Shown: positions 1 through 8,196, counted from the whole stretch's first letter. The stretch is DNA of 63,323 nucleotides, filler included, from Candidatus Woesearchaeota archaeon (GCA_016180285.1; 3 parts of 3 records of this genome joined end to end with filler, not necessarily neighbours in it); one strand, 5' to 3'. Program-made: numbers and translations. Notes: generated from the letters alone by a model not told the origin.

Positions 1-86
1 ACGCCTGCGTCATAACTCTGCGGATTTCTGCGGAAATCCTTGCCTCGCATCTCTGCAAAATGTCCCATTTTGCGAGGCTCGGAAAT

Positions 87-106
87 ATAACATCGTTATG
101 CAAAAT
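87..106 (+). repeat. Cassette core site 1 (dif-like)
   Basis: ATAACatcGTTATgcaaAAT. Confidence 0.8.
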
Positions 107-159
107 AATTTTTAGGGGCTAAATACAGAAAGGGGGCTTTGGCTTTAATTTAACCTCTT

Positions 160-663
160 CTACTCTTTTTTTATAATCTCTGGTTTTAAATTTAATTCAG
201 AAAAATATATACCATGCATTATCTTATCTTCTTGTTTCAGATCGACTTTATGTAACATAGCAGATATATAATGTTTAAGGGTCTCTACCCCTCCCTTATA
301 TTTAAAAATTCCCCATAATATTGGTGTGTTTAATCTGAATTTCTGTTTTTCATTTATATTTGGACCCGTTCTAGTATAAGTATCAAACTTAGCAAGATTA
401 TGCGCTCTTTCAAGAAGTAGGGGTTGATTATAATAAATTTTTAATTGTTTAATAGCTTCTTCTAATGGCATGCAACTACCTTGTGAACATACCTCAGAAG
501 CTGTTCTTTTAAATTCAAATGGTTTATATTCAGGATTCTCAATTACTTGACTCTCAAGATCCCAAATAGATTTAACTTCTTTTTGTTCTAATAGTTCATA
601 TTTTCCAGTCTTATCGATTTTATCAAATAAAACCTCTAAAAATATTTCGCCTAAATTAATCAT
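160..663 (-). CDS. Hypothetical protein (cassette 1)
   Basis: 167-aa ORF with BRE/TATA (CGAAAGGTTTAAATA on minus) about 25 nt upstream; enclosed by IR 106-119/796-809. Confidence 0.75.
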   Translation of the reverse strand: MINLGEIFLEVLFDKIDKTGKYELLEQKEVKSIWDLESQVIENPEYKPFEFKRTASEVCSQGSCMPLEEAIKQLKIYYNQPLLLERAHNLAKFDTYTRTGPNINEKQKFRLNTPILWGIFKYKGGVETLKHYISAMLHKVDLKQEDKIMHGIYFSELNLKPEIIKKE

Positions 664-808
664 TTTATAAAAAAAGCAAGGGTATATTTAAACCTTTCGG
701 TTTTTACCACCCATAAGTTAATACACACATTTCTCAAGAGACGCCAAAGCCCCTTAACTTCTATAAACTAATGTATCGCTGACGCTCACTATTACGCCCC
801 TAAAAATT

Positions 809-950
809 ACTCAAAAATTTAATGTCCCTCACTCACCCCATTCCGTGATGTTCGGAACTTAAACCTTTGGTTTTCTTCGCCACAGGGAAAAATCAAAAAC
901 GATTTTTCCAGCTGGGCTCAGAAAACTCGCATAACAATGTTATATACAAT
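809..950 (+). repeat. Hairpin-rich spacer plus core site 2
   Basis: ACT, two hairpin arms, then tcgcATAACaatGTTATatacAAT (931-950); near copy at 2298-2444. Confidence 0.8.
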
Positions 951-986
951 CGAGAAAACGGCTAATAATAAAAGTGGAATGGAAAA

Positions 987-1286
987 TTATTTCAATCCTA
1001 AAGATTGTGCTTCTTTTTTCTCATCTATAGGTCTCAAATATTTAGCAACAGCAGGCACATGCACCTCTACAGGTCTTGTAATTCCTGTTTGATAATCTAT
1101 TTGAGGCAGATTATATTTTGCAGATTCTGGTGTAAAACCAAAGTTGCCTGCTTCTCTTTCTGCACGAATTCGTGCTTCTCTTTCTTCCATATCAATACAT
1201 CTTAGTATCATTGTGAATTTGTTAATAAGAAGCACTTTATAAATCTTTCGGTTTTTAACTACTTTTAAGTCAGTATAATTTTCCAT
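987..1286 (-). CDS. Hypothetical protein (cassette 2)
   Basis: 99-aa ORF, TTTAAAT upstream; enclosed by IR 950-963/1328-1341. Confidence 0.65.
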   Translation of the reverse strand: MENYTDLKVVKNRKIYKVLLINKFTMILRCIDMEEREARIRAEREAGNFGFTPESAKYNLPQIDYQTGITRPVEVHVPAVAKYLRPIDEKKEAQSLGLK

Positions 1287-1340
1287 TCCTTGATTAATTT
1301 ATTTAAATGGACTTACGTCCTTTAAGAAGCCGTTTTCTCG

Positions 1341-1467
1341 ACTTCTCCGCTTTTTTCCTGCTGGAAAAAATGCTCAACCTTGCACCCAGATTTTTCCATC
1401 TCTCAGCTCACTTTCGTTCGCTGGAGGGAAAAATCGGGTAGGGGTATATAACATCGTTATGCAAAAT
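1341..1467 (+). repeat. Hairpin-rich spacer plus core site 3
   Basis: ACT, hairpins TTTTTTCC/GGAAAAAA and GATTTTTCC/GGAAAAATC, then gtatATAACatcGTTATgcaaAAT (1448-1467). Confidence 0.8.
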
Positions 1468-1572
1468 TGAAAAAGGGCAAATTAGTGTAAATGGCAAGAA
1501 TTGTTACTATTTAAAACATTACTAAAAAGATTTATAAAGTTCAAATGATTCCTGTTAGTTAAGTTGCTTAAA

Positions 1573-2214
1573 ATGAATCAAACTGATGGTTTATTAACAC
1601 CCGGTAATGTAATGGCCTATTTTGTCACAGTAATTGGGGACCCTAGGGTTTGTAAGGATGGCCATATAATACCTCAAGATATGTGCAAAGATAAACAACT
1701 TGAAGAGTTAATTAATAAAGAAAGTAAACTAGTTGTTATAGGTGCGCCTGAATTTACTCTACGTTCATATCCAAATCCACATGGTGCTGATGTATTAAGT
1801 CTTATCTGCCTCCAAAGATTCTATATTAATTTAGAACTATATGCCAATAACACTAAATCGAAAGAATTGATGAATCCTATTATAGCTATTGGATGTGGTA
1901 GTGATGGGGCATCTAATAAGGAAGCAATAGATTTACTAGCTAAATTAAGTTTTAATCTAGATGGTGTTAAATCAGACACCTCATTTATGATACGCGGAAA
2001 GAATTATGGACAAAAATCAGATAAAGGAAGATTAATTTTCCTTTGTTGTGATAGCGAACTTAAGATATCTATGATTAAAAGATCTCAAGGAAATGGCTTA
2101 CCAGACAATATGCTACCTAATACAAAAGAAGGCTATCAACTAACTAAGGGGGATATTCGAGACGTAGCTAACTTATATGTCTTGCTCAAAAATAATTATC
2201 CAATTCAACACTAA
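1573..2214 (+). CDS. Hypothetical alpha/beta protein (cassette 3)
   Basis: Long ORF (ATG 1573 or TTG 1564), TTTATAAA at 1531-1538; enclosed by IR 1467-1483/2282-2298. Confidence 0.75.
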   Translation: MNQTDGLLTPGNVMAYFVTVIGDPRVCKDGHIIPQDMCKDKQLEELINKESKLVVIGAPEFTLRSYPNPHGADVLSLICLQRFYINLELYANNTKSKELMNPIIAIGCGSDGASNKEAIDLLAKLSFNLDGVKSDTSFMIRGKNYGQKSDKGRLIFLCCDSELKISMIKRSQGNGLPDNMLPNTKEGYQLTKGDIRDVANLYVLLKNNYPIQH

Positions 2215-2297
2215 TCTTCCATAAATAACAATTCTTACCTTTATTCTTTAACTCAATGTATCACTAACACTCTATGATATAAATTTGCCCTTTTTCA

Positions 2298-2444
2298 ACT
2301 CAAAAATTTAATGTCCCTCACTCACTCCATTTCATTCCGTGATGCTCTTAACTTAAATTTTTGGTTTTCTTCGCCACAGAGAAAAAATAAAAACGATTTT
2401 TCCAGCTGGGCTCAGAAAACTCGCATAACATCGTTATGTCTAAT
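2298..2444 (+). repeat. Hairpin-rich spacer plus core site 4
   Basis: Near-identical to 809-950; ATAACatcGTTATgtctAAT at 2425-2444. Confidence 0.8.
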
Positions 2445-2502
2445 TCGGACTCCGGCGCTTTTTAGTAAATTTTATATACCTATTCCATTAAACTTTTTTA
2501 AT

Positions 2503-3042
2503 ATGGGATCAAATAAACAATTTAAGATAACTTTTATTATAGTTGCATTGATACTAGCAATTTTATTTTTCTTCTTTGGATATATAGCATTATACACTAT
2601 AACCTTTATGGGTCTCTTACTATACACTTATATGTGGATAACTAAAAAGAAGAAACTTCAAAATCTTAACTGGAAAGAATGGTTAATATTCCTAATTGTT
2701 CTTTTTGTATTAATTTACTCAATTAAAACATTTCCAGTAATTAATATGCATTACTTCTTTTATATAAGTTTAGTCATATTCGCAATTATAGGTATAGTCG
2801 GTTTAATAAAGAGTGTAAAAACCAAAGAATTTCCAAAAGAAAGAGAAGAAAAATTTCCTTTATCTTTAGTTATATTCTTAATAATTATACTCTTAATCCC
2901 AAATATTATGCTTTTAATTTATGGTAAACCAGAAACAATGCCACAATCTTTATTTATTATTGCTGAAACGGTTATCTTTCTTATAGTTATCTATCTTTTA
3001 GTTTATTTGATTATTAGGATGGGAATAAAACACAAAAAATAA
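2503..3042 (+). CDS. Multi-pass membrane protein (cassette 4)
   Basis: About six hydrophobic helices; ATG 2503 lies 25 nt after TTTATATA (2471-2478); the longer ORF from 2311 reads through the repeat. Confidence 0.75.
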   Translation: MGSNKQFKITFIIVALILAILFFFFGYIALYTITFMGLLLYTYMWITKKKKLQNLNWKEWLIFLIVLFVLIYSIKTFPVINMHYFFYISLVIFAIIGIVGLIKSVKTKEFPKEREEKFPLSLVIFLIIILLIPNIMLLIYGKPETMPQSLFIIAETVIFLIVIYLLVYLIIRMGIKHKK

Positions 3043-3072
3043 TTTACTAATTTAGCTTGCGCCTCCGTCCGA

Positions 3073-3202
3073 ACTCGAAAATCATATAAACTCCATTTAT
3101 GTAAACTTAAATTCCGTTATTATGATTTTCGGTTTTCACTCACAATGTTCCGCTTCGCTCCACTTGTTCGCAAAAACGAATATAACAAACGTTATGTTCA
3201 AT
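3073..3202 (+). repeat. Hairpin-rich spacer plus core site 5
   Basis: ACT, arms CGAAAATCATA/TATGATTTTCG and GTTTT/AAAAC, then gaatATAACaaacGTTATgttcAAT (3182-3202). Confidence 0.8.
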
Positions 3203-3264
3203 TATTACTCGCCGTGCCGAGCCTTAAATAAAGTTAAAAGAAAAAGAAAGGTGTGTTAGAAAAA

Positions 3265-3519
3265 TTATTCTCGATATTCCGCTTCTTGTTGCGCCAAATA
3301 ATCAGCCCAAACACTAGCTTCTCCCAAATGTTCTTTTGCTAATTTTTTTAATTCATTGTCTGTAGCAGTTGCTGCACAAAAAGCAGCTTCTCCTACGATT
3401 ATTCTCGCAATTGATTCCATTGTACCATACATCTTAAGAGCGTCTGATTTGGATAATTTTTTAGCTACTTCTTCTAACCTTTTCGCAGTATAATGCGCTT
3501 TAATCTCTGCTATGTCCAT
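3265..3519 (-). CDS. Small helical hypothetical protein (cassette 5)
   Basis: ATG 3519 preceded by GGAGG; enclosed by IR GCCGTGCCG 3211-3219 / CGGCACGGC 3616-3624. Confidence 0.65.
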   Translation of the reverse strand: MDIAEIKAHYTAKRLEEVAKKLSKSDALKMYGTMESIARIIVGEAAFCAATATDNELKKLAKEHLGEASVWADYLAQQEAEYRE

Positions 3520-3696
3520 TTTACATTCCTCCAATAATCTCCAGAACTCTCTGGAGTGTTTTATTTTACACCCCTTTCTTTTTCTATAAGAATACAATTT
3601 TATTTATAAACTTAACGGCACGGCTCTATCATGACTCGAAAAATTTAATCTTTCCATTTATTCGGCTTCATTGAATGTTGCACTAAAATTCTTGTC

Positions 3697-4944
3697 TTAG
3701 CCATCGTATTTCCTAAAAACAACAACTGCATTATGGCCGCCGAAGCCGAAGGCATTGGACATTGCAATTTTAACTTCTTTCTTTCTTGCAATATTTGGGA
3801 CATAGTCAAGATCGCATTCTGGATCGGGGAATTCGTAGTTTATTGTCGGTGGAATGATGCCTCTTTGAATTGTTAGTATGGATATTATTGCCTCTATCCC
3901 GCCTGCTGCTCCAAGAAGATGGCCCGTCATTGATTTGGTTGAGCTGATTGGGATTTTATAGGCATAGTTGCCAAAAGCTCTTTTTATTGCAATTGTTTCT
4001 ATTCTATCATTTAACCTTGTGGATGTGCCATGGGCATTGATATAATCAACTTCTTCAGGCTTTATTTTTGATTTATTAATTGCTCGCTGCATTGCCAGTG
4101 CTGCTTCTTCTCCTGTTTCATGCGGAGCAACTATATCATGAGCATCTGAATTGTTGCAATAACCTATTATTTCAGCATATATTTTTGCATTTCTAGCCAG
4201 CGCATGATCAAGCGACTCAAGAACAAGTATGGCAGATCCTTCACCCATCACGAATCCGTCTCTTTTCTCGTCAAATGGGCGCGATGCTTTTTTAGGATCA
4301 TGATTACGCTTCGACATGGCTTTTGGTTGGCAAAATCCTGCGTATGCCAGCTTTGTTATTGCCGCTTCTGCTCCGCCGGTGATCATTACATCAGCATCAT
4401 TATCTGATATTGTACGATAAGCTTCAATAATTGCATTATTGCCTGAGGCGCATGCGCTGCTAATATTCTCTGAAGGGCCATTTAAGTTATATTTTAGCGT
4501 GATGTGAGCAGATGCCGCATTGATCATCATCATCGGCACTAAAAAAGTGCTTACCTTGCCAGGGCCTTTCTGCATTAAAACATCATGCTGCGTTTCTGTT
4601 GTGCCGAGACCGCCAACGCCACTGCCAATTATTGCACCAATATCATGGTTTTTTTCTTCCAGCTTTAAACTAGAATTGTTAATTGCCTGATGCGCGGCTG
4701 CCAGCGCGTACTGCGAGAATAAATCCAATCTTCTGATTTCTTTTGCAGTTATGCCGTAATTTTCGGGATTAAATCCTTTAACTTCAGCCCCTATCTGTGT
4801 TTCATATTTTGATGTGTCAAACCTTGTTATTTTATCAACGCCAGAAACGCCATTTATTAAATTGCCCCATAAGGTTTCGATGTCATTGCCTAAAGGCGAA
4901 ATTACGCCTAGCCCGGTTACAACAGCTCTTCTGCTCATCACCAT
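3697..4944 (-). CDS. fabF: Beta-ketoacyl-ACP synthase II (bacterial type)
   Basis: RRAVVTGLG, SACASG, NAHGTST, KSMTGHLLGAAG, SNAFGFGGHNA motifs. Confidence 0.95.
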   Translation of the reverse strand: MVMSRRAVVTGLGVISPLGNDIETLWGNLINGVSGVDKITRFDTSKYETQIGAEVKGFNPENYGITAKEIRRLDLFSQYALAAAHQAINNSSLKLEEKNHDIGAIIGSGVGGLGTTETQHDVLMQKGPGKVSTFLVPMMMINAASAHITLKYNLNGPSENISSACASGNNAIIEAYRTISDNDADVMITGGAEAAITKLAYAGFCQPKAMSKRNHDPKKASRPFDEKRDGFVMGEGSAILVLESLDHALARNAKIYAEIIGYCNNSDAHDIVAPHETGEEAALAMQRAINKSKIKPEEVDYINAHGTSTRLNDRIETIAIKRAFGNYAYKIPISSTKSMTGHLLGAAGGIEAIISILTIQRGIIPPTINYEFPDPECDLDYVPNIARKKEVKIAMSNAFGFGGHNAVVVFRKYDG

Positions 4945-4959
4945 TCTGAAATAGCGAAA

Positions 4960-4971
4960 TATATTTAAATG
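4960..4971. promoter_or_regulatory. Probable shared bidirectional TATA box for divergent fabF/fabH
   Basis: TATATTTAAAT about 20-25 nt from both start codons in a 47-bp intergenic gap. Confidence 0.5.
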
Positions 4972-4991
4972 TTTCTGAGTTTTTCATTGAA

Positions 4992-6074
4992 ATGGAAAAT
5001 ATTTCTATTGCAGGAACTGGCTCTTATCTTCCAGAAAGGGTTGTTGATAATAAAGAATTGGAAAAGTTAGTTAGAAATTATGACTATGAGAAATCAGGAG
5101 ATTTCTGCAAATGGGCAAAGAATCTGACTGGCGTTGAAAAAAGACATTATGCAGGCGATGTAAGAAGAATGCCTTTTTGGCTTAAAATAAATGATTTGGT
5201 TATTAGCCATTTTACCAACAAAAAGAGACTTTCTTGGCTTGAAATAGCTAATCTGTTTAAAGACAAATATTATATCTCTAATAAAGAAACAACAGAAGAG
5301 ATGGCCGCCAATGCTGCTAAAAATGCCTTAGAAGCTGCAAATATGAATGCTTCGGATATTGATTTAATTATATTAAATACATTCACTCCGCACAGCAAAA
5401 TACCAAATCCTGCTCTTGAAGTTGGAAATTTAATTGGAAATGGCAAGGCGATTGCTTTTCCCATAAACACAGCATGCTCTGGTTTTATTTATGGATTGTG
5501 GAATGCTTATAATGCCATAAAATCCGGCGCATCTAATAATGTTCTTGTTGTTTCGAGCGAAACATTGTCAAAGGTTAGTGATTTTGATGACCCGAAAACC
5601 GCTGTTTTATGGGGCGATGGCGCTGGTGCAGCTGTGTTGAAAAAATCAATCAACGGAGTGCTGTATATGCCTTACATAGGCAGCGAATATTCTGATCACA
5701 TAAAGCTAAATGAGAGCAAAGAAGATGAGCTGGTGCACATGCCTGGCGGACCTTTGATTATGAGAAGAGCAGTCAATGCAATGATTAATGCTGCAAAGAT
5801 TGTCTTGGAAAAAAATAATTTAAAAAAGGAAGATATTAATTGGCTCATTCCGCATCAAGCGAATTATCGCATAATAGAAGATGTGGCTAAAGAGCTCGGC
5901 ATGTTTGAGAAGATGCTTGTGACAATCCGTGACGAAGGCAACATCTCGGGCGGCTCAATCCCAAGAACTTTGGACAAGCATGCCAGAGAAGGAAAGATCA
6001 AAAGAGGCGATATGATTCTGATGACTGCTATTGGCGGCGGCTACAGCTTTGGGGCCGCAATTGTAAAGTATTAA
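4992..6074 (+). CDS. fabH: Beta-ketoacyl-ACP synthase III (bacterial type)
   Basis: GTGSYLPE, TACSGF, WGDGAGA, PHQAN, GNISGGSIP (Cys-His-Asn triad). Confidence 0.93.
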   Translation: MENISIAGTGSYLPERVVDNKELEKLVRNYDYEKSGDFCKWAKNLTGVEKRHYAGDVRRMPFWLKINDLVISHFTNKKRLSWLEIANLFKDKYYISNKETTEEMAANAAKNALEAANMNASDIDLIILNTFTPHSKIPNPALEVGNLIGNGKAIAFPINTACSGFIYGLWNAYNAIKSGASNNVLVVSSETLSKVSDFDDPKTAVLWGDGAGAAVLKKSINGVLYMPYIGSEYSDHIKLNESKEDELVHMPGGPLIMRRAVNAMINAAKIVLEKNNLKKEDINWLIPHQANYRIIEDVAKELGMFEKMLVTIRDEGNISGGSIPRTLDKHAREGKIKRGDMILMTAIGGGYSFGAAIVKY

Positions 6075-6136
6075 ATTCGGAATTATTGTGTTTAAAAAAA
6101 GAAAAGCTTATTAACAGGCTTTGTTTTCCATAGAAT

Positions 6137-6181
6137 ATGATGCACGATATTGTATACTTTACCTTTGAATTCTTTTATTAG
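6137..6181 (+). CDS. Putative Phe/Tyr-rich leader peptide MMHDIVYFTFEFFY
   Basis: 14-codon ORF with 4 Phe and 2 Tyr in the last 8 codons, about 25 nt after CTTATTAA and upstream of pheA. Confidence 0.55.
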   Translation: MMHDIVYFTFEFFY

Positions 6182-6312
6182 CTGCATCTCTTGATATAAT
6201 GCTTCCATATCTTTCTTGGCCTGAAAAGCCATAATATTCTGGGGCAAAAACAAGGGAATTCTGAAAAAATAAGATCATGCAATGTCAAATAAAACTAATC
6301 GGAGGTATTATT

Positions 6313-7161
6313 ATGAAAATCGCAATATTGGGGCCTAAGGGCACCTATACGGAAAAAGCAGCAGAAAAATATGATCGGAATGCTGAAATTATTTTTTACA
6401 AATCAATAACACAGGTATTCAAATCGATAAATGGAATGAAGGAAAATGTTGGAATTGCGCCAACATTCAATAAGATTGGAGGGCCTGTTAATGAAACATT
6501 AGATTGCCTGTGGGAGTACAACAGCAAAATGCATTTGAGAAACACAGATAATGTAAGGATTACAGATACAATTGTATTAGACATAGTGCATTGCATTGGG
6601 ACAATGCATAATGCATCAAAAATTGAGAAGATAATATCCTGCGACCAAGCGCTGAGGCAATGCTCTCGCTACCTTGATAAGCATTATCCTAATGCTGAAA
6701 GAGAAGGGGCATCAAGCACTGCGCAGGCAGCTGAATTAATTGCGATGAAAAAAATGCGCTATGCGGCAGCAATTGGCTCTGAAGCTGCTTTGAAGGAATA
6801 TGGCCTTGAAATTACTGACAGAGACGTGGTTAAGAAAAATAAAACAATATTCGCAGTGATCTCAAAAATTTGCAAAACAGAGCCAACAGGCAACGATGTA
6901 ACATGCCTTGCATTACATCCTGAAAATGACGAGCCGGAATTTTTGAATGGGATAAAAAGGATTTTGAACGGCGGCAATATAAAGACTACAATATACCCTA
7001 GAACCGATGGCATATGGGGCGTAATACATTACATAGATGTTGATGGCCATGAAAAAGACGGCCATGTTGCAAACGCAATAGATTTGATCAGGCACTATAT
7101 CATGAAAAACCCCGCGGAATTAAGGATGTTGGGCAGCTATAAAAAGCCAATTAGGAGGTAA
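6313..7161 (+). CDS. pheA: Prephenate dehydratase with divergent ACT domain
   Basis: LGPKGTYTE, QALRQCSRYL, SSTAQAA, AAIGS, C-terminal LGSY; GGAGGT SD before ATG 6313. Confidence 0.88.
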   Translation: MKIAILGPKGTYTEKAAEKYDRNAEIIFYKSITQVFKSINGMKENVGIAPTFNKIGGPVNETLDCLWEYNSKMHLRNTDNVRITDTIVLDIVHCIGTMHNASKIEKIISCDQALRQCSRYLDKHYPNAEREGASSTAQAAELIAMKKMRYAAAIGSEAALKEYGLEITDRDVVKKNKTIFAVISKICKTEPTGNDVTCLALHPENDEPEFLNGIKRILNGGNIKTTIYPRTDGIWGVIHYIDVDGHEKDGHVANAIDLIRHYIMKNPAELRMLGSYKKPIRR

Positions 7162-7163
7162 AA

Positions 7164-7316
7164 ATGGATAAAAAAGAAGAGATTGAATGGGAAAATTGGT
7201 ATAAAGCGCTGGGCAATAATCCTGAGTATGTTGATAACTTAGTTAAGAAGTTAGAACAGGAAAGCATGAAAGATAACTTGCCCTACTGCCGGTTTGGAAA
7301 AATTAATGGAAGTTAA
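7164..7316 (+). CDS. Small hypothetical protein (50 aa)
   Basis: ATG 2 nt after the pheA stop with GGAGGT SD; MDKKEEIEWENWYK... Confidence 0.45.
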   Translation: MDKKEEIEWENWYKALGNNPEYVDNLVKKLEQESMKDNLPYCRFGKINGS

Positions 7317-7335
7317 TGAGAAAGAGAAAGAAAAA

Positions 7336-8112
7336 TTAAATCCTGCCTAAAATCCTCTTCGTTTTAATAGAATCCCCGAATGGATCCGGGCTTTCATTTA
7401 TAATAGTTATATCTATATTGTATTTTTTGATATAGCTCAGAAGCTCTTTTATGTCTTTTTCTTCGGTAAGTTTGTGGCTCCTTTCGCCTTTTAGCGTGTA
7501 GTTGATGCCTGAGAAGTGGGAATGAATGTGCTTAATGCCTTTCAATTTCCTGAACAGTTCATCGTATCTTGGATCTCCGTTGTTCCTTGCTTTCCAATGC
7601 GCGAAATCAATGCAGAATGCGCAGCCTGTTTCTTTTGATAATTTTATTAATTCATCCGGATCGCCAAATGCGGAGTGCTTGCCTGTCAGTTCAGGCGCTA
7701 AAGCTACGTTCCATTTATTTTGTTTTATTGTTTTCTGCAATTCTTCTATTTCTTTTTTTACTAAAACAAAAGTTTCTTCTTTTGGATGTTTTCCATAGAA
7801 TGCGGCATGAAAGACAACGTATTTTGCACCAAGATAATGAGCGCGCTCACAGCTATTCAATATTCTTTTCTTTGAGGCTTCGATTTTCTTTTTTTCCTCA
7901 GAAACGAGATTGATATAATAAGGGGCATGGACGCTTAAATCAATGTTAAGCTGCTTTGCAAGAGCGCCAGTCTGTTTTGCAGTCTCATTCGTCATGTTGA
8001 CGCCGTATGTGAATTCAACTTCTAATGCTGTCAGCCCATGATCTTTTGCGTGTTTTATTCCTTCAATATTGCCCAATCCTGCTGTTCCGCCTGGGCCGAG
8101 TTTGACATTCAT
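7336..8112 (-). CDS. nfo: Endonuclease IV / AP endonuclease family 2
   Basis: SVHAPYYINL, VFHAAFY, APELTGK, CIDFAH, HSHFSG, INESP. Confidence 0.9.
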   Translation of the reverse strand: MNVKLGPGGTAGLGNIEGIKHAKDHGLTALEVEFTYGVNMTNETAKQTGALAKQLNIDLSVHAPYYINLVSEEKKKIEASKKRILNSCERAHYLGAKYVVFHAAFYGKHPKEETFVLVKKEIEELQKTIKQNKWNVALAPELTGKHSAFGDPDELIKLSKETGCAFCIDFAHWKARNNGDPRYDELFRKLKGIKHIHSHFSGINYTLKGERSHKLTEEKDIKELLSYIKKYNIDITIINESPDPFGDSIKTKRILGRI

Positions 8113-8196
8113 TTTTGATTCAGATTTTCCATCATATTTAAAGATTTTGAAAACTAAAAGGAAAAGTTTATAAACTTAAAAGTAGTAATAATGTAA

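Larger units (their letters stand above)
1..3696. mobile_element. Putative gene-cassette array: five single-gene units plus the right end of a sixth, delimited by repeated ATAAC-N3/4-GTTAT-N4-AAT sites
   Basis: Five co-oriented core sites; each gene flanked by its own inverted repeat; spacers 811-935 and 2300-2429 nearly identical; genes unrelated to each other. Confidence 0.7.

Noticed and set aside
2311..2502. N-terminal extension of the cassette 4 ORF
   Set aside because: It runs through the repeat spacer and core site; a TATA box supports ATG 2503
87..3202. CRISPR array
   Set aside because: Repeats are 0.5-1 kb apart and separated by whole genes; no cas genes in the window
87..3202. Classical integron attC sites
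   Set aside because: AAC and GTT boxes are only 3-4 nt apart with no L boxes between them, and genes are in mixed orientation with their own promoters
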